A stretch of DNA of 64,000 nt from Thermodesulfobacteriota bacterium (GCA_040755415.1 JBFMAZ010000098.1:2160-66159), one strand, 5' to 3'; positions 1 to 11,184 are shown, counted from the stretch's first letter. Notes: generated by a model from the letters alone, not told the origin. Translations and numbers: made by a program.

Positions 1-881
1 CCCGGAACTTTTATTGGCTTCTGCTCTCCGTCGCTATCGGCGGCGCCGGGGCCTCCGCCCTATTTATTGTACTTTCGTCTCTTTACCTCAAGGTCGTCAC
101 GCGCATTAATTTAAGCCGGCAAGTGGCCCTCTACCACGTGGGCGGTTACCTGGGATATGCCTTGGGACCCTTCACAGGAGGTTTGATTACTTCTCACTAT
201 CCACCGAAATTTTTAATTGCCACGGCCTGGGCATGCTCCCTGGCACTTATTGTGCTAGTCTTATTTCTCAGGGACTCTACCCAAATCAGATTTAGCTTCC
301 AGGAATACGGGGCTGACCTGAAAAAACCGGGCAGCCTCCTCTTGATACTGGGAATATTTGTCCTGGCCACCCACTTTGGCGTAGAGCAAACGTCCTTTAC
401 GCTCCTAATGAAGGGGAAACTGGGGTTTGCGCCCAAAAATATCGGCTATATGTTTGCCGGTATCGGTCTGTGGATGGCCTTTCTGGCCCCTTTCGCTGGC
501 TACTTCATGGATCGTAGGCAAAGGATTATCCTTTTTCTCTTTGCCGGCCTTATAATGTCCGGTGCCTTCCAGTCCCTGACCGGGAATGCGTGGTCATTCG
601 GTAGTCTCCTTGTAACCAGGATATTCCACACCACGGGTGACGCTATAGCCATTTTAGGCATAGGGGTCCTGACGGCGCTCTACTTCCCGGAGGCGCGCCT
701 GGGAGGAAATTCAGGGCTGCTCTATGTGGTGCGGACGGCCGCCATGTTTTCCGGGGCAGTGGTGGCCGGCCTTCTAAATACCAAATGGGGATACAGTTTT
801 TCCTTTATGGCCAACGGCCTCTTCGTCCTGGCCTTTACAGCCATCCTGGCCATATCATTCAGACGGTTCTTTTCCTCTTAG
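1..881 (+). CDS. MFS transporter (5'-truncated by window edge)
   Basis: Frame open from position 3 into the 123..881 ORF; many hydrophobic helices; MFS-like loop (GYFMDRRQR). Confidence 0.8.
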   Translation, partial: RNFYWLLLSVAIGGAGASALFIVLSSLYLKVVTRINLSRQVALYHVGGYLGYALGPFTGGLITSHYPPKFLIATAWACSLALIVLVLFLRDSTQIRFSFQEYGADLKKPGSLLLILGIFVLATHFGVEQTSFTLLMKGKLGFAPKNIGYMFAGIGLWMAFLAPFAGYFMDRRQRIILFLFAGLIMSGAFQSLTGNAWSFGSLLVTRIFHTTGDAIAILGIGVLTALYFPEARLGGNSGLLYVVRTAAMFSGAVVAGLLNTKWGYSFSFMANGLFVLAFTAILAISFRRFFSS

Positions 882-937
882 CCATCCAGTCCTATAAGGC
901 CGCTATCAGGCAAGCCGAGGGAATGCAAAACCTCTTC

Positions 938-2308
938 TTACCGGGTTAATGCCTTATGGCTTATCCGGCTGAAAAATGGTTCCTTTTGCTCCCCAAAGTC
1001 AGGAGTTCGCTCCTTATCATGGCATTCCAGGCAGATGGAAGCAGGGACGGTACGTCTCAACTGAGACGTTTCAGGATGGAGGGTATGTTTCCGGCCCGGA
1101 CCGTGGCATACCTCGCACCCCACACCGGTCAGCCGGCCTGCAGTTTGACCCATCTGAAAGCCGGTAGGGTAACCAAAGCCCGTGGTATGACACGAAATAC
1201 AATCAGGATAAAAATGCCTCCGGACCTTTTTTAAGGTATCGAAAGCCCGGGAATGCCTGGTGCCTTGCCAGGCCCGGTATTCAGTTGCATGGCAATTTCG
1301 GCAGCCTTCTGCCCCCACGTAACCATTATCCCTGTCCTGCTCTAACGCCTGGTCAGAAAACTTCCGCTTTGCCTCGGCCTGCGCTGCCCGATCCTTGACC
1401 GCTGCACCATAAGCCTGCGAGATAAATTGCTCTGTGGCCGGATCAGGAGCGATATCCATGGAAAGGTAAATCCACTTAAAGTCATGCCTTAGAAGCCGTC
1501 CATTATGGTCCATCCACAAATCCAGTCTGGCCAGGTACTTCTGGCCGGGAGAGACCATGACGGCATGATTGACATTTTCCACAGGTATCTTGCCTCTGGC
1601 CGCCAGTATAACCTGGACGTCGCCAAATTCAGAGGCGAGGATCCGGTTCTCTACTTCTGAAAGATCGCTTAAGACTATGATCAGATTCGCCTCCCTTTTT
1701 ATAGCGGGCAGATATTTCTTGATACCGGCCAAAGGATCAGATACTTCACGCCCTTCAGCCTGAATTTGGGGCTGGCTGAGCGGTGGCGCGGTCAGGGCCA
1801 GGATTCCCACCTTGACCGTGCCCAGTTTCTTGATGAGATAGGGTCCTCCCAGAAGCTCCTTAGCCTCACCCCTATGGACGTTGGCCGAAAGGAAAGGAGT
1901 CTTTAGGGTCTTAATCTGATTCTGGATAAAGTCGGTCCCGAAGTTAAAGGCGTCGTCGCCCAGGGCGATGGCGTGATAGCCCATCTTCTCCAGGGTCTTT
2001 AGATAAATCTCAGTCCTTAACAGATCTGTCTGGCTTGTACCATGAAAAGCGCCGCTGCCCTCGATTAACAGGGCCTGAGGATTCTCCTTAAGAACGCCCT
2101 TGATTATTGTAACCCTTCTGGCCAGACCGCCAGCCCGGTTTTCCCCTCAGCCGCAGGGCTCCAATGCCCCCCGGGTCTGGCCAGTTAAAAGCAAGGTTAT
2201 CCTTGCCCCCTCTTCTGAGTCAGATAATGACCAAGAGGGGAGGAACATCACAATGGATAGAAACAGAAAGGCTGAAAAAGCGGCCACTTTTTTCAATATC
2301 TTACCCAT
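938..2308 (-). CDS. Exported UshA/5'-nucleotidase-like selenoprotein (CGU motif) fused to tetraheme cytochrome c554-like domain
   Basis: ATG at 2308 gives a signal peptide, then GALEPCG-TGA(2147-2149)-GENRAGGLARR, in frame with ORF 938..1984; C-terminal CRNCH, CISCH, CEVCH, CLECH. Confidence 0.85.
2122..2138 (-). promoter_or_regulatory. Putative bacterial SECIS hairpin
   Basis: CCGGGCT-GGC-GGTCTGG hairpin (G-U rich) at +9 after the in-frame TGA. Confidence 0.55.
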
Positions 2309-2442
2309 TTACGTGCCTACCCCGTGATATGATTGATCTTGCAGCCATGCATACCAAGCATTTTCCGGGTCAACGATGATCTCATAAAAGATCAAAACTC
2401 CCCTCCCCGTTTACTTGGGTAATTCCAGCAACTAAGATCGGC

Positions 2443-4235
2443 TTACTCTTCCTTCCACTCCTCGATGTTTGCCCCTAATTGTTGTAACGTCTCTTTAACC
2501 TTGGAATCCAGAGTCGTGCGGTCAAAGCCCTCTTTTGAACGAGCCTTAATTTCAACAACAATTTCCGGTTCAGAACCACTATCCTTTAAAGGACGGATAA
2601 CCCCGCTTATTATACTTGATATCTTATCCCACGGAATCCGTGCCCTTAGCCTAAGTTCAGAAATACTTTTCCCGGGCGCAACAGGCCTCGCTTCTTCTTT
2701 CCCAAGCAGTGTGGCTGTTTCTCCTACCTCACCCGCCTTTCCGCCACCTTCCCCCTCTGAATAAACAGCCCCAGCCTCAGCTTGTGCCTTAAGCTCCCGT
2801 GCCCTCTCAGGCCTCAAAACTTCAACATCAGAAGACAAGGAATAAACGGGTTCGTTAAAATATACTTTGCCGTCTATCTTCACGCCTAAAAGCCCGGCCT
2901 CCACACCACTCCTGACTGCGCTCAAGAGCACGTCCATGCTTTCAACAATAGGCATGCCCGGCGTTTTGAGAAAGACATCATAGATGGCGCGCATTTCCTT
3001 TACGTCCTCATCGCTCCTAAGGGTCCTGTCCAAGATATACTTCGGGGTAAGATGGGAGAGGACCCTTTCCTTATCCTTTAAAAAATCTCTTACACGGCCT
3101 GTTAAGGTCTGAGGGGCACCAACTGTAGGAATGCCAAGGTCATCATAAAATACGGCTTCTGAACCCATAAAACCCGTCAAGGCAATATGCCGGTAAGCGG
3201 TTAATATCTCAAATGGCAGGATTTTTTCGCTGTCTTTTAGTTTTGCCTCCAACTCCTTGACGCTTTCCTTCGTAAGCTGACTGGTTATGTTTTTATCATT
3301 TTCGATTTCTTTGAGTGCAAGATATCTTTTTAAAGCCTTTTCTAATTGTCTAAATTGAGACGCATCTAAGGCGACTATAAAAAATGGTAACACTTTAGCT
3401 GCTTGAAAAAAGCTGGTCGTCCAGAAAACGGCGCCTAAAAAATCCCCCTTAATCCCCCTTTTTCAAAGGGGGAAACGTCTCTCCTCCCTTTGGAAAAGGG
3501 AGGTTGGGAGGGATTTTAAAATACTTTTTCAAACAGCTAAATTGATACAAAAAATGCATTTTTGTATACCCTGAAACCGATGCCTGCTCTTGCAAAAAGC
3601 TCGTTAATAAATCCTGTCGTATCACCGGAAGGATATACAAAGTCAGGAGATAGAATCGCAAGTTTGATATTTTTGTTGTCCGGAACATCTGCAGAGTTAT
3701 TGGGCCAGAGATAGGGCTCGAATTCTTTGCCTGCCATCTTTTTCTGGATAAAATCTCTCAGGCAGCTTTCCATCTGGCTATCGGATACGCTTACCTCTCT
3801 GTCCACTATCACCCTGTTCAGGTTCGGCTGGTTCTTGAAGGAATAGAGATTGCCGGCGGAGTGGAAATACCAGAGTTCCTCCTCCAGCTTTTTTATCGCA
3901 TCGCCCACAATAGTATGAGGCATATCCTCATTAAAATGCTTGACGACATGATAAAGGGAAAGCAGTGAATGAGTCTTGCCGCCGCCAAAGGGGGTCTGTA
4001 TCTGGATAACCGGGTCTCCATCACCTTTCCCGGCTATCCTGGAAAGCACCCCTGAAAGCAGGGTCTCAATCCCTTTGGTTATATAGGTTTTTTGAAAAAA
4101 TAGCCTTGCGTCCCTGTATTCATCGGGGCCTCTGCCTACGGCTACGTCCCCGAGGTCTGCGGCAAATACAGCCTCGCTCAGCTTTCCTTTAAGGATATCT
4201 TTATGTGGTTCCGCGACCTGCCACCAGGGCTTCAT
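2443..4235 (-). pseudogene. DUF499-family AAA ATPase, internally deleted and interrupted by a MITE
   Basis: N-terminus MKPWWQVAEPHKDI..FAADL and Walker A TPFGGGKTH jump directly to a late region (LEEELWYF); removing MITE 3387-3548 plus one TSD restores VYKNAFFIVALDASQF. Confidence 0.8.
3387..3548. mobile_element. IS66-like MITE copy 1 (162 bp)
   Basis: Ends GTAACACTTTAGCTG...CAGCTAAATTGATAC; 8-bp TSD AAAAAATG. Confidence 0.9.
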
Positions 4236-4363
4236 CTGCTTATCCTTTCTCGAAATTGCTCTTTTTTTGAAAGAAAAATGCGCAACAAAAAATTGTTTAT
4301 ATGCAATGGCTTATAAAGTCAATAAAACCTCTTAAAGCGCATTAAGCGCAATTCAGCAGCCAT

Positions 4364-4849
4364 TTAACCCTCCGGGAAAAGCCTGTGGCTGGCTTTATAG
4401 TTTGCCCCTCTTCCCTTACCTTCCAACGTCAGATAGCCCTCTTCCATAATCCGCTTCAGTTCTCTATAAGCTTCATGCCTGCTCAGACCAAATTTTTCAC
4501 GATACTCAGCGTTTGATATGGTCTTTCGCCTACTCAAAATGTCTCTTAAAATGGGAAACCTCTCTGTGAAAAGTTCTATGTCGATTCTTTCAGGCAGAAC
4601 AACATAGTATTTGGCGCCTCTGCCACGCCCCTTATGAACTACGAAACCCTTCTCTACCATTTCATGAATTTCACGGTAGGCCGTATCACGATCTACTTTG
4701 TTTATCTCCTGATACTCTTTATTGGTAAATCCCGCCGCCTTTGTTGCTATCAAAATCCTCTTTTGTTTATCTGACAAGGGAAGCCTTTGAATAACATCCA
4801 CCCATTCAGAGGATCCCACATCAAATATTGGTGTATTCCAAAGGGTCAC
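4364..4849 (-). pseudogene. C-terminal tandem winged-HTH fragment of an ATP-binding/RecG-C-like regulator
   Basis: Two repeats of (T/S)NxEY...AYRE...GxGRGAxY; the N-terminal part is missing and it abuts the methyltransferase fragment. Confidence 0.6.
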
Positions 4850-5772
4850 TCTAAGGAGGCTATGCCTTCAGGTTTAAGTGTGCGCTCAATCTCCTTAAAA
4901 GCCTTAGCAAGCATGGCCTCAAAATCTTCTTTCCTTTTTACTTTTATATCATCAAACTCATAGGCTTTCCCCTTAGGCATGCCCCTGAGAAGACAAAGAC
5001 TATCAATAATTTCCTCTGTTTTGGGCGTTAATGGTGTTGCAAAGAGCTCGGGGTATAAGTCACCTATCGCCCTTTTCAGCCAAACATAGAAGAAATCTGA
5101 TAAGTCAGAGTAAGGCACATTATCATAATACGGAGGGTCTGTGATGACCGCATCAAAGTAGTCGTCGGGATAAGGAAGAGATATAGCAGAGGCTTGTTTG
5201 ACGGTTGCGGGAGGAGTATTAACTTGAATACAATGCCCTATCACTTTAGCGTAATATTCCCAGCCTGTCTCTAGACTGCCCGATGAACCACTAAAAGGGT
5301 TAACTTCAGCATAATCCCAAAGCATTGGCAGGGCTTGTCTTGAATAAAGTTGTTTTATAGCCTCAGAAGTGTTTTCCCACCTCGCAAGCATATTTGTAAA
5401 AGCAGCGGTCATATCCACTCCCTTTGCCAGATAACTCACCACCGCCCTCGCATACTCCTGTTCATACCCTTCCTCCAGCATCTTTTCATGCGCCTGCCGT
5501 ACCTTCTCAACAAAGGTAATCAAGGTCAGCTTCTGGCGGAAGTTGAAAAGATCGCCCCACTTTGTCATCCCATATAGCACCACGGGAGTAAAATTATACA
5601 ATACTCCACCGGGTGCATATTCCTTCCCATCGGGGGTAGATATTATTTCATCAGGCACAGGGTCGGTTCCCCATTTGTCAAATAGTTCTTTTCTCTTTTT
5701 CTCCAGATGCTTTTCTGCGTCTTTGAAAAATTCCAAATCCTTTTTTTCTGCAAGGCGGTAACTCTTGCCCAA
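4846..5772 (-). pseudogene. Internal fragment of DUF1156-family adenine DNA methyltransferase
   Basis: TDPPYYDNVPYSDLSDFFYVWLKR, WDYAEVNPFSG, GKSYRL; both termini missing. Confidence 0.8.
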
Positions 5773-6549
5773 AGTATGGCTGGGTTTACAAGACGCATAT
5801 TCCATTGGTTATCTTGATAAACAGAAAAAAGACGCCTTCCGGCAACAGTTCCGTTACCGTCCTTAATCTCGGCAATCAGAAAACATAAAAGACCATCCAT
5901 TCTCCCTTCGGGATCGAGGAATGCGGCGCCGTTTTCTACATCATCCGTAAGCCTCTTAAATATGGTCTCAATTACCGCTTCCATTAAGGGGTGCCCCATG
6001 CTTACAAACTCTGCCTGGCCTTTGAAGGCCTTTTCTTTATCAAAAGAGACCTTGGAATACTCACGGAGGACTTCCCCGAATTTAGTCTTAAACCAGTGAG
6101 GCTGGCTCCGGATTTCTAAGGGTACTGAAGGAATGCGCCAAAAACCATCCTGCCTTTCTTCTACTTTAAGGTTAAGTTCCTTGGCCGCCTTCTTAAAAAA
6201 TTCCTCTACATATTCCGGGACAAGCCTGTTTTCCTTGGGGGTCTACCTGAGAGACGTTGACGGCGTATAACGGGTCAAACTGAAAGGCATTTCGGATACG
6301 CTGGGCCTCGGTAAAGAGAAAAAATCTATTGGCGTCACCTGTGAATTTTACCGATTGCTCTGTAATTACTGTAATCTTTCCTAAGTCTTCCCTAGTAAGG
6401 ATTGGATTGTAATACGTAGGGGGATTTGAGGTAAGTCCTACCGCCTCTATTTTTACCTGGTCGGCGCCAACGGCCTTGACGGAGATTACCCTGACCTTTT
6501 CTTTCCAGAATGGACCTTCAAGTATGAAACCGGGCTTAATTTCCATCAT
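5770..6549 (-). pseudogene. SNF2-type helicase remnant (N- and C-terminal pieces, motor core deleted)
   Basis: N-terminus GPFWKEKVRV..FDPLYAVNVSQVDP joined near 6237, out of frame, to C-terminal-type ENRLVPEYVEEFF..GHPLMEAV. Confidence 0.65.
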
Positions 6550-6708
6550 AACCTTAGCTTATCTTTTAAGGGCTTAACAGAGGCCTATTCTACTTAACGA
6601 AAGCGCCTGACAGGGGCAAAGAGATTTCGCAAGAGAATATGAAAATGGACAGCCTTTGTCAATTCTAAAGAAAAGAGGCACCGATACCTGTTATCAACAG
6701 GGGGGGCG

Positions 6709-6946
6709 ATGGCATCATTGACATAATCTCTGGATAGATATATGTTTTTGGTAATAACAATTCTTTTATAACCAGCTTTACGCCTGAAAACTCCTGAAAA
6801 GCCAGTTACAGAAAGAGTCAAAGCTGGTAGTAGAAAATTCCCTGGCTGTTTTAGAGGAGTTTGAGCAATTTGAAGACATCTGGGGGGTAATTACAAGAGC
6901 CAGCCAAAAGAAACTGGCTGAAAATATCCGGATAATACTTTCTTAA
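6709..6946 (+). pseudogene. Fused remnant of an antitoxin and a MazF-like toxin C-terminus
   Basis: Broken frames MASLT*SLD..FYNQLYA*KLLKSQLQKESKLVVENSLAVLEEFE joined to QKKLAENIRIILS*; family resemblance is from recall only. Confidence 0.4.
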
Positions 6947-6956
6947 GGGGAAAACT

Positions 6957-8270
6957 GTGAAGAAAAAGAAGATCATTTATGTGGTACTAACCTTACTGCT
7001 CTCTCTTTCTATCATCCCGACATCGGCCTTAGCCCGCTTGGGAACTAAAGCCAGGGATTTCGTTGAGGTTATTGACAGGGTAAAAGCATCTGTTGTCCAA
7101 GTCCGTGTCGAAAAAACCTTTGTCCACCCCAAAAAGCCTGGGGCTCCGGAGGGGGAGATACCGGTAAAGGTTACCGGCGCCGGCCTGGTCATTCAGGAAG
7201 AGGGCTATATTCTCACCTGTGAACACCTCCTGGAAGAAGCTAAAAAAATAGAAGTAGTTGATGTAGCCGGGAAGAGCTACAAGACCGGAATCGTAGGACG
7301 AGATGCCCTGACAGACATAGCCGTCCTCAAGGTTACCGTAGACTCCAGGAAAATGACGCCAGCAGTATTAGGTAACTCTAATCAGGTAAAACCCGGGGAG
7401 TGGGTTATAGCCCTGGGTTATCCAGAAGACCTCCAGGAAACTGTAACCGTTGGTGTAGTAAGCGGCAGAAGTGAAGATCCAAAGGGGGTTGAATACATTC
7501 AAACTGATGCCCTCATAAGGCCAGGAAATAGCGGTGGCCCGCTCTTAACTGAAGAGGGAAGGGTTATCGGCATAACCTCTTCTACCGCCGGAGGGTTCGG
7601 CCGGTCCATACCTATAAACCTGGCTATCTCGATCGCCAACCAGCTCATCAAGCACGGCGAAGTATTGCGCGGGTATCTTGGAGTAATAGGCCAGGATATA
7701 ACTGAAGAACTGGCCGCAGCATTTGGGGTTAAGACTACATCTGGCGTCCTCATCGGCGATATAGAACATTACAGTCCGGCGGAAAAATATAATCTCCTGG
7801 TGGGGGACGTAATCTTGAAATTTGACGGCCAGGACGTAAAAAATACAAAGGAACTGACTAGACTGGAGGCTGAAACAACACCAAACAAGATGGTTGATAT
7901 AGAAATAATAAGGGATAGGGAAAGGAAAACTGTCCCCGTAAGGTTTGGCCAGGCCATGACTGAGACCAGCCAAAGAGACGAAATCGATAAGCAGTTCGGC
8001 CTTAGCGTTGAAGACATCTCAGAAGATTGGAAGAAAAAAATCAAGACGGAAAGGGCCGATGGTGTGGTGGTATCCCGCGTCCGGGCCGCCTCAGCCGCCT
8101 CTGCCGCTGATCTTATGTGGGGAGATATTATCGTGGAGGCAGATGGGGAAAAGGTCAGAAACCGGCGCGACTTCTATCAAATCATAGAGGGTCTCGCTAA
8201 GAAGGAAAACATATTAATGCTCATCGAACGGGCAGGAAAAACATCTTATGTTGTTCTAAGGGTCGATTAA
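6957..8270 (+). CDS. DegP/HtrA-family serine protease with two PDZ domains
   Basis: Signal peptide, TCEH, DIAVLK, GNSGGPL, PDZ repeats. Confidence 0.93.
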   Translation: MKKKKIIYVVLTLLLSLSIIPTSALARLGTKARDFVEVIDRVKASVVQVRVEKTFVHPKKPGAPEGEIPVKVTGAGLVIQEEGYILTCEHLLEEAKKIEVVDVAGKSYKTGIVGRDALTDIAVLKVTVDSRKMTPAVLGNSNQVKPGEWVIALGYPEDLQETVTVGVVSGRSEDPKGVEYIQTDALIRPGNSGGPLLTEEGRVIGITSSTAGGFGRSIPINLAISIANQLIKHGEVLRGYLGVIGQDITEELAAAFGVKTTSGVLIGDIEHYSPAEKYNLLVGDVILKFDGQDVKNTKELTRLEAETTPNKMVDIEIIRDRERKTVPVRFGQAMTETSQRDEIDKQFGLSVEDISEDWKKKIKTERADGVVVSRVRAASAASAADLMWGDIIVEADGEKVRNRRDFYQIIEGLAKKENILMLIERAGKTSYVVLRVD

Positions 8271-8310
8271 ACCCGCCGCTTGTACTCCATTACCGGGCAG
8301 ACATTGCACC

Positions 8311-8844
8311 TCAAACAAAGGTCAGGGCATATCTTAAAATCTCTGATGGCAGAGACTCTCTGTTTCTTTGTGTCATCTCCAAAAGCCTTATATCATCTCT
8401 TTTCTTTATCTCTGCGATAAGTCCGCCACCTTTAAGAGCAATGGTGGCAATAACCAGTTTCTCAGAATCGAGTATCTCCTTTACGAGCCTTTTGAATTTA
8501 TCAGATAGACACTCCATTTTTCCGATCTCATCAATGATGACAAGACCTGTTTTAGGGTCTAAAAATGCAATAGAGTCGAGAAAATCTTCAAAGCCCTTAA
8601 CATCAACTCCATATTTACTTACCCGGTAATGGCTTTTTATCTCTGTATGGGAAAGAATTCCCCTTCTCCCATCAAGGGTTATCAGTTCAAACCCTTTTCT
8701 AATCCCTCCCTCTCTTATCTCCTGTGTGTAAAAACCAGCCGGATGGAAATCCCTTAACTCTGCAAAGATTTTCCCGATAAGTGTTGTCTTGCCAATACCC
8801 GGGACTCCTGTTACCAGGATATTCTTTTTTGCCAAGTTCATCAT
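8311..8844 (-). CDS. THEP1-family nucleoside triphosphatase
   Basis: TGVPGIGKTT, GFYTQEIREGG, IIDEIGKME. Confidence 0.9.
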   Translation of the reverse strand: MMNLAKKNILVTGVPGIGKTTLIGKIFAELRDFHPAGFYTQEIREGGIRKGFELITLDGRRGILSHTEIKSHYRVSKYGVDVKGFEDFLDSIAFLDPKTGLVIIDEIGKMECLSDKFKRLVKEILDSEKLVIATIALKGGGLIAEIKKRDDIRLLEMTQRNRESLPSEILRYALTFV

Positions 8845-8847
8845 ACC

Positions 8848-9099
8848 TCATTCTTTCTGCACGTCGTGGTTTTCGCCGGTAAGGATATAAATATCACAAT
8901 TAACTCCGTCAAGTTCCGCCTTCGCCCTCCCGAAGGTGTCGGCCGTCAATATGTGTATCTTCAAGAATCCGGCTATTTGGTTCAATTGCCCGCGTACGCC
9001 GGACAAAAGCCGCCCATCCACAGAAAGGGTACCGGTAAAATCCGAGACCAGGTGTTCAAGTCTCACCCATCCAAAACCAGGTATCTCTAACTCCAACAT
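8848..9099 (-). pseudogene. Truncated soluble P-type ATPase-like HAD hydrolase
   Basis: DFTGTLSVDG, ILTADTFG; stops after QKE and lacks the GxGxND motif. Confidence 0.7.
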
Positions 9100-9332
9100 T
9101 GGAAGCTCCCTTCTTTATCTATAGGCAACGTCACCATAACGTCTGGCAACCATTTGGACTCTTTCTCCTATAGTGAGTAGTCATCACCCTGTCAAGCACA
9201 AAAAGAAGAGCAGTCAGCATTCAGCTCTCAGCTTTCAGCGTAAGACGTCACTATTCCCTTGAAAACCATCCATAAAAAATAGTAATAAAGCATGAACAAC
9301 TTGCGGGTAATGTCAAAAGTCTTATGAAAGAC

Positions 9333-9542
9333 AACCACAGAGATGGAAAATTCGAAATCCGAAGCACGAAACTCGAAACAAATTCAAATGACCAAATGAG
9401 AACAATGACCAAAACGAAAAATCGGAGGCGTTGCTGATGGACGTTTCTAACATTCGATATTTGAATTTCGGATTTGTTTCGGATTTCGAATTTCGATATT
9501 CGGATTTGGTTGCGGCTATGCCGGTCTGTGTCCTCTGTGGTT
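9333..9542. repeat. Palindromic heptamer-type repeat (CGAAATC/GATTTCG) inside an AACCACAGAG..CTCTGTGGTT wrapper
   Basis: Inverted arms; core closely similar to 21011-21440; wrapper recurs at 61949-62228. Confidence 0.85.
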
Positions 9543-9582
9543 AATCTTTTCACAATAAAACTTGCGCAAAAAGGACACTCTC

Positions 9583-11184
9583 ATGAAAGTAACCTGCCTG
9601 GGTGCGGCACGCACTGTTACCGGTTCATCATTCCTCCTGGAGAGCAATAGTACCCACATCCTCATGGATTGCGGCATGTTCCAGGGTAGCCAGGAGATAC
9701 AGAAGAGGAACCGCGCATTTCATTATTCTCCGGGAGATATCGATTACCTCCTACTTACCCATGCGCACATCGACCATAGCGGTCTGATACCAAAACTCGT
9801 GAAAGAAGGGTTCAAAGGCCAGATCATCACTACCAGGGCCACGAATGAACTTTGCGGCATCATGTTGCGGGACAGCGCCCATATTCAGGAGACGGAAGCA
9901 GAGTGGGAACACAAGCGCAACAAAAGAAGAGGGAAAAAAGGGTTGCCCCCGGCCCCCCTCTACACCGTAAGAGATGCCGAAGCCAGTATGCACTTATTCA
10001 AGCCGGTAGATTACGGGAAACTCATCCAGCTTACCCCGCAACTTAACGCCCGCTTCCTGGACGCCGGACATATCCTGGGCTCGGCCTTCATCGAAATCTG
10101 GGATCACAGCGTGTCGCCACCTATGAAAGTGGTCTTCTCCGGTGATATAGGCCAGAAAGAACAGATGCTTGTCTCCGACCCGACCCCTATCCAGGAAGCA
10201 GACTTTCTCTTCATGGAATCCACCTACGGCGACCGTCTACACAAGAGCAAGGAAAAGACCCATCGTGAACTCTTGTATGCCATCCAGGACGCCGTAAAAA
10301 ACCATGAGAAGGTCATTATCCCGGCCTTTGCCGTGGAACGCACCCAGGAACTGATTTACATCCTGAGCCGTTTTTATCACGAAGGGCTGCTGCCCGAAAT
10401 ACCCATCTATATAGACAGCCCCCTGGCCATCTCCGCTACCGAGGTCTTCCGCAATAATATGGAGTTCCTGAATGACCAAACCCATGTCCTTCTGGGAAGA
10501 GGAGATCACCCCCTGGTATTGCCCACCCTCTCTTTTGCGCGCACGACCGAAGAATCCCGGAGTATAAATCAGAGTGAGGGACCGGCCATTATCATCGCCG
10601 CCAGCGGCATGTGTGACGCCGGCCGGATCAAACACCACCTGCGAAACAACCTGTGGCGCCCTGGCGCCCACATCGTATTCGTGGGCTATCAGGCCCAGGG
10701 AACACCCGGCAGACAGCTCATCGACGGGGCGCAAAAAATCAAACTCTTCGGAGAAGAAATCGCCGTAAAGGCCAAGATTCACACTCTGGGCGGTTTTTCA
10801 GCCCATGCGGATCAAAGGGAACTCCTGGAATGGCTTGGGAACTTCACCAATCCCCGCCTGAAGGTCTTTGTCGTCCACGGCGAAGAGGAGGTCAGCCTGG
10901 AATTTGTAAAGGCCATTGAACGCACCTTCTGGCTGGAGGCCAGGGCCCCGGAATGGCTGGAGACCATAGATCTTTCGCCTATAACCGCACGACCTGAACC
11001 CGCTAAGACTGAGGCGTTACAGGTAATGCCTGATCTGAATCGTATCGAGATGGAGATACGGAGATTAAAAAATAAACTTTACAGTAAAGGCGAAGGCCGC
11101 CTGGAAGAGGAGGAGGCAATCAGGGCCAGGCTTAAAGGATTAAATGAAGAGCTTCAGGAACTTATCAAGATGACCACAAATTAA
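9583..11184 (+). CDS. MBL-fold beta-CASP ribonuclease (YSH1-like)
   Basis: THAHIDHSG, AGHILGS, FSGDIG, ESTYG, FSAHAD. Confidence 0.92.
   Translation: MKVTCLGAARTVTGSSFLLESNSTHILMDCGMFQGSQEIQKRNRAFHYSPGDIDYLLLTHAHIDHSGLIPKLVKEGFKGQIITTRATNELCGIMLRDSAHIQETEAEWEHKRNKRRGKKGLPPAPLYTVRDAEASMHLFKPVDYGKLIQLTPQLNARFLDAGHILGSAFIEIWDHSVSPPMKVVFSGDIGQKEQMLVSDPTPIQEADFLFMESTYGDRLHKSKEKTHRELLYAIQDAVKNHEKVIIPAFAVERTQELIYILSRFYHEGLLPEIPIYIDSPLAISATEVFRNNMEFLNDQTHVLLGRGDHPLVLPTLSFARTTEESRSINQSEGPAIIIAASGMCDAGRIKHHLRNNLWRPGAHIVFVGYQAQGTPGRQLIDGAQKIKLFGEEIAVKAKIHTLGGFSAHADQRELLEWLGNFTNPRLKVFVVHGEEEVSLEFVKAIERTFWLEARAPEWLETIDLSPITARPEPAKTEALQVMPDLNRIEMEIRRLKNKLYSKGEGRLEEEEAIRARLKGLNEELQELIKMTTN

Noticed and set aside
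8848-8850. TGA ending the short HAD ORF as Sec
   Set aside because: Not a Cys position; the downstream sequence is the NTPase gene rather than the rest of the HAD fold
9251-9553. ORFs over repeats (9251..9553, 14389..14669, 21277..21795, 43432..43656, 49423..49749, 58569..58988)
   Set aside because: They are translations of palindromic repeats or MITEs (ISKFEIRN, PPLKKG, VIPA patterns), not credible genes
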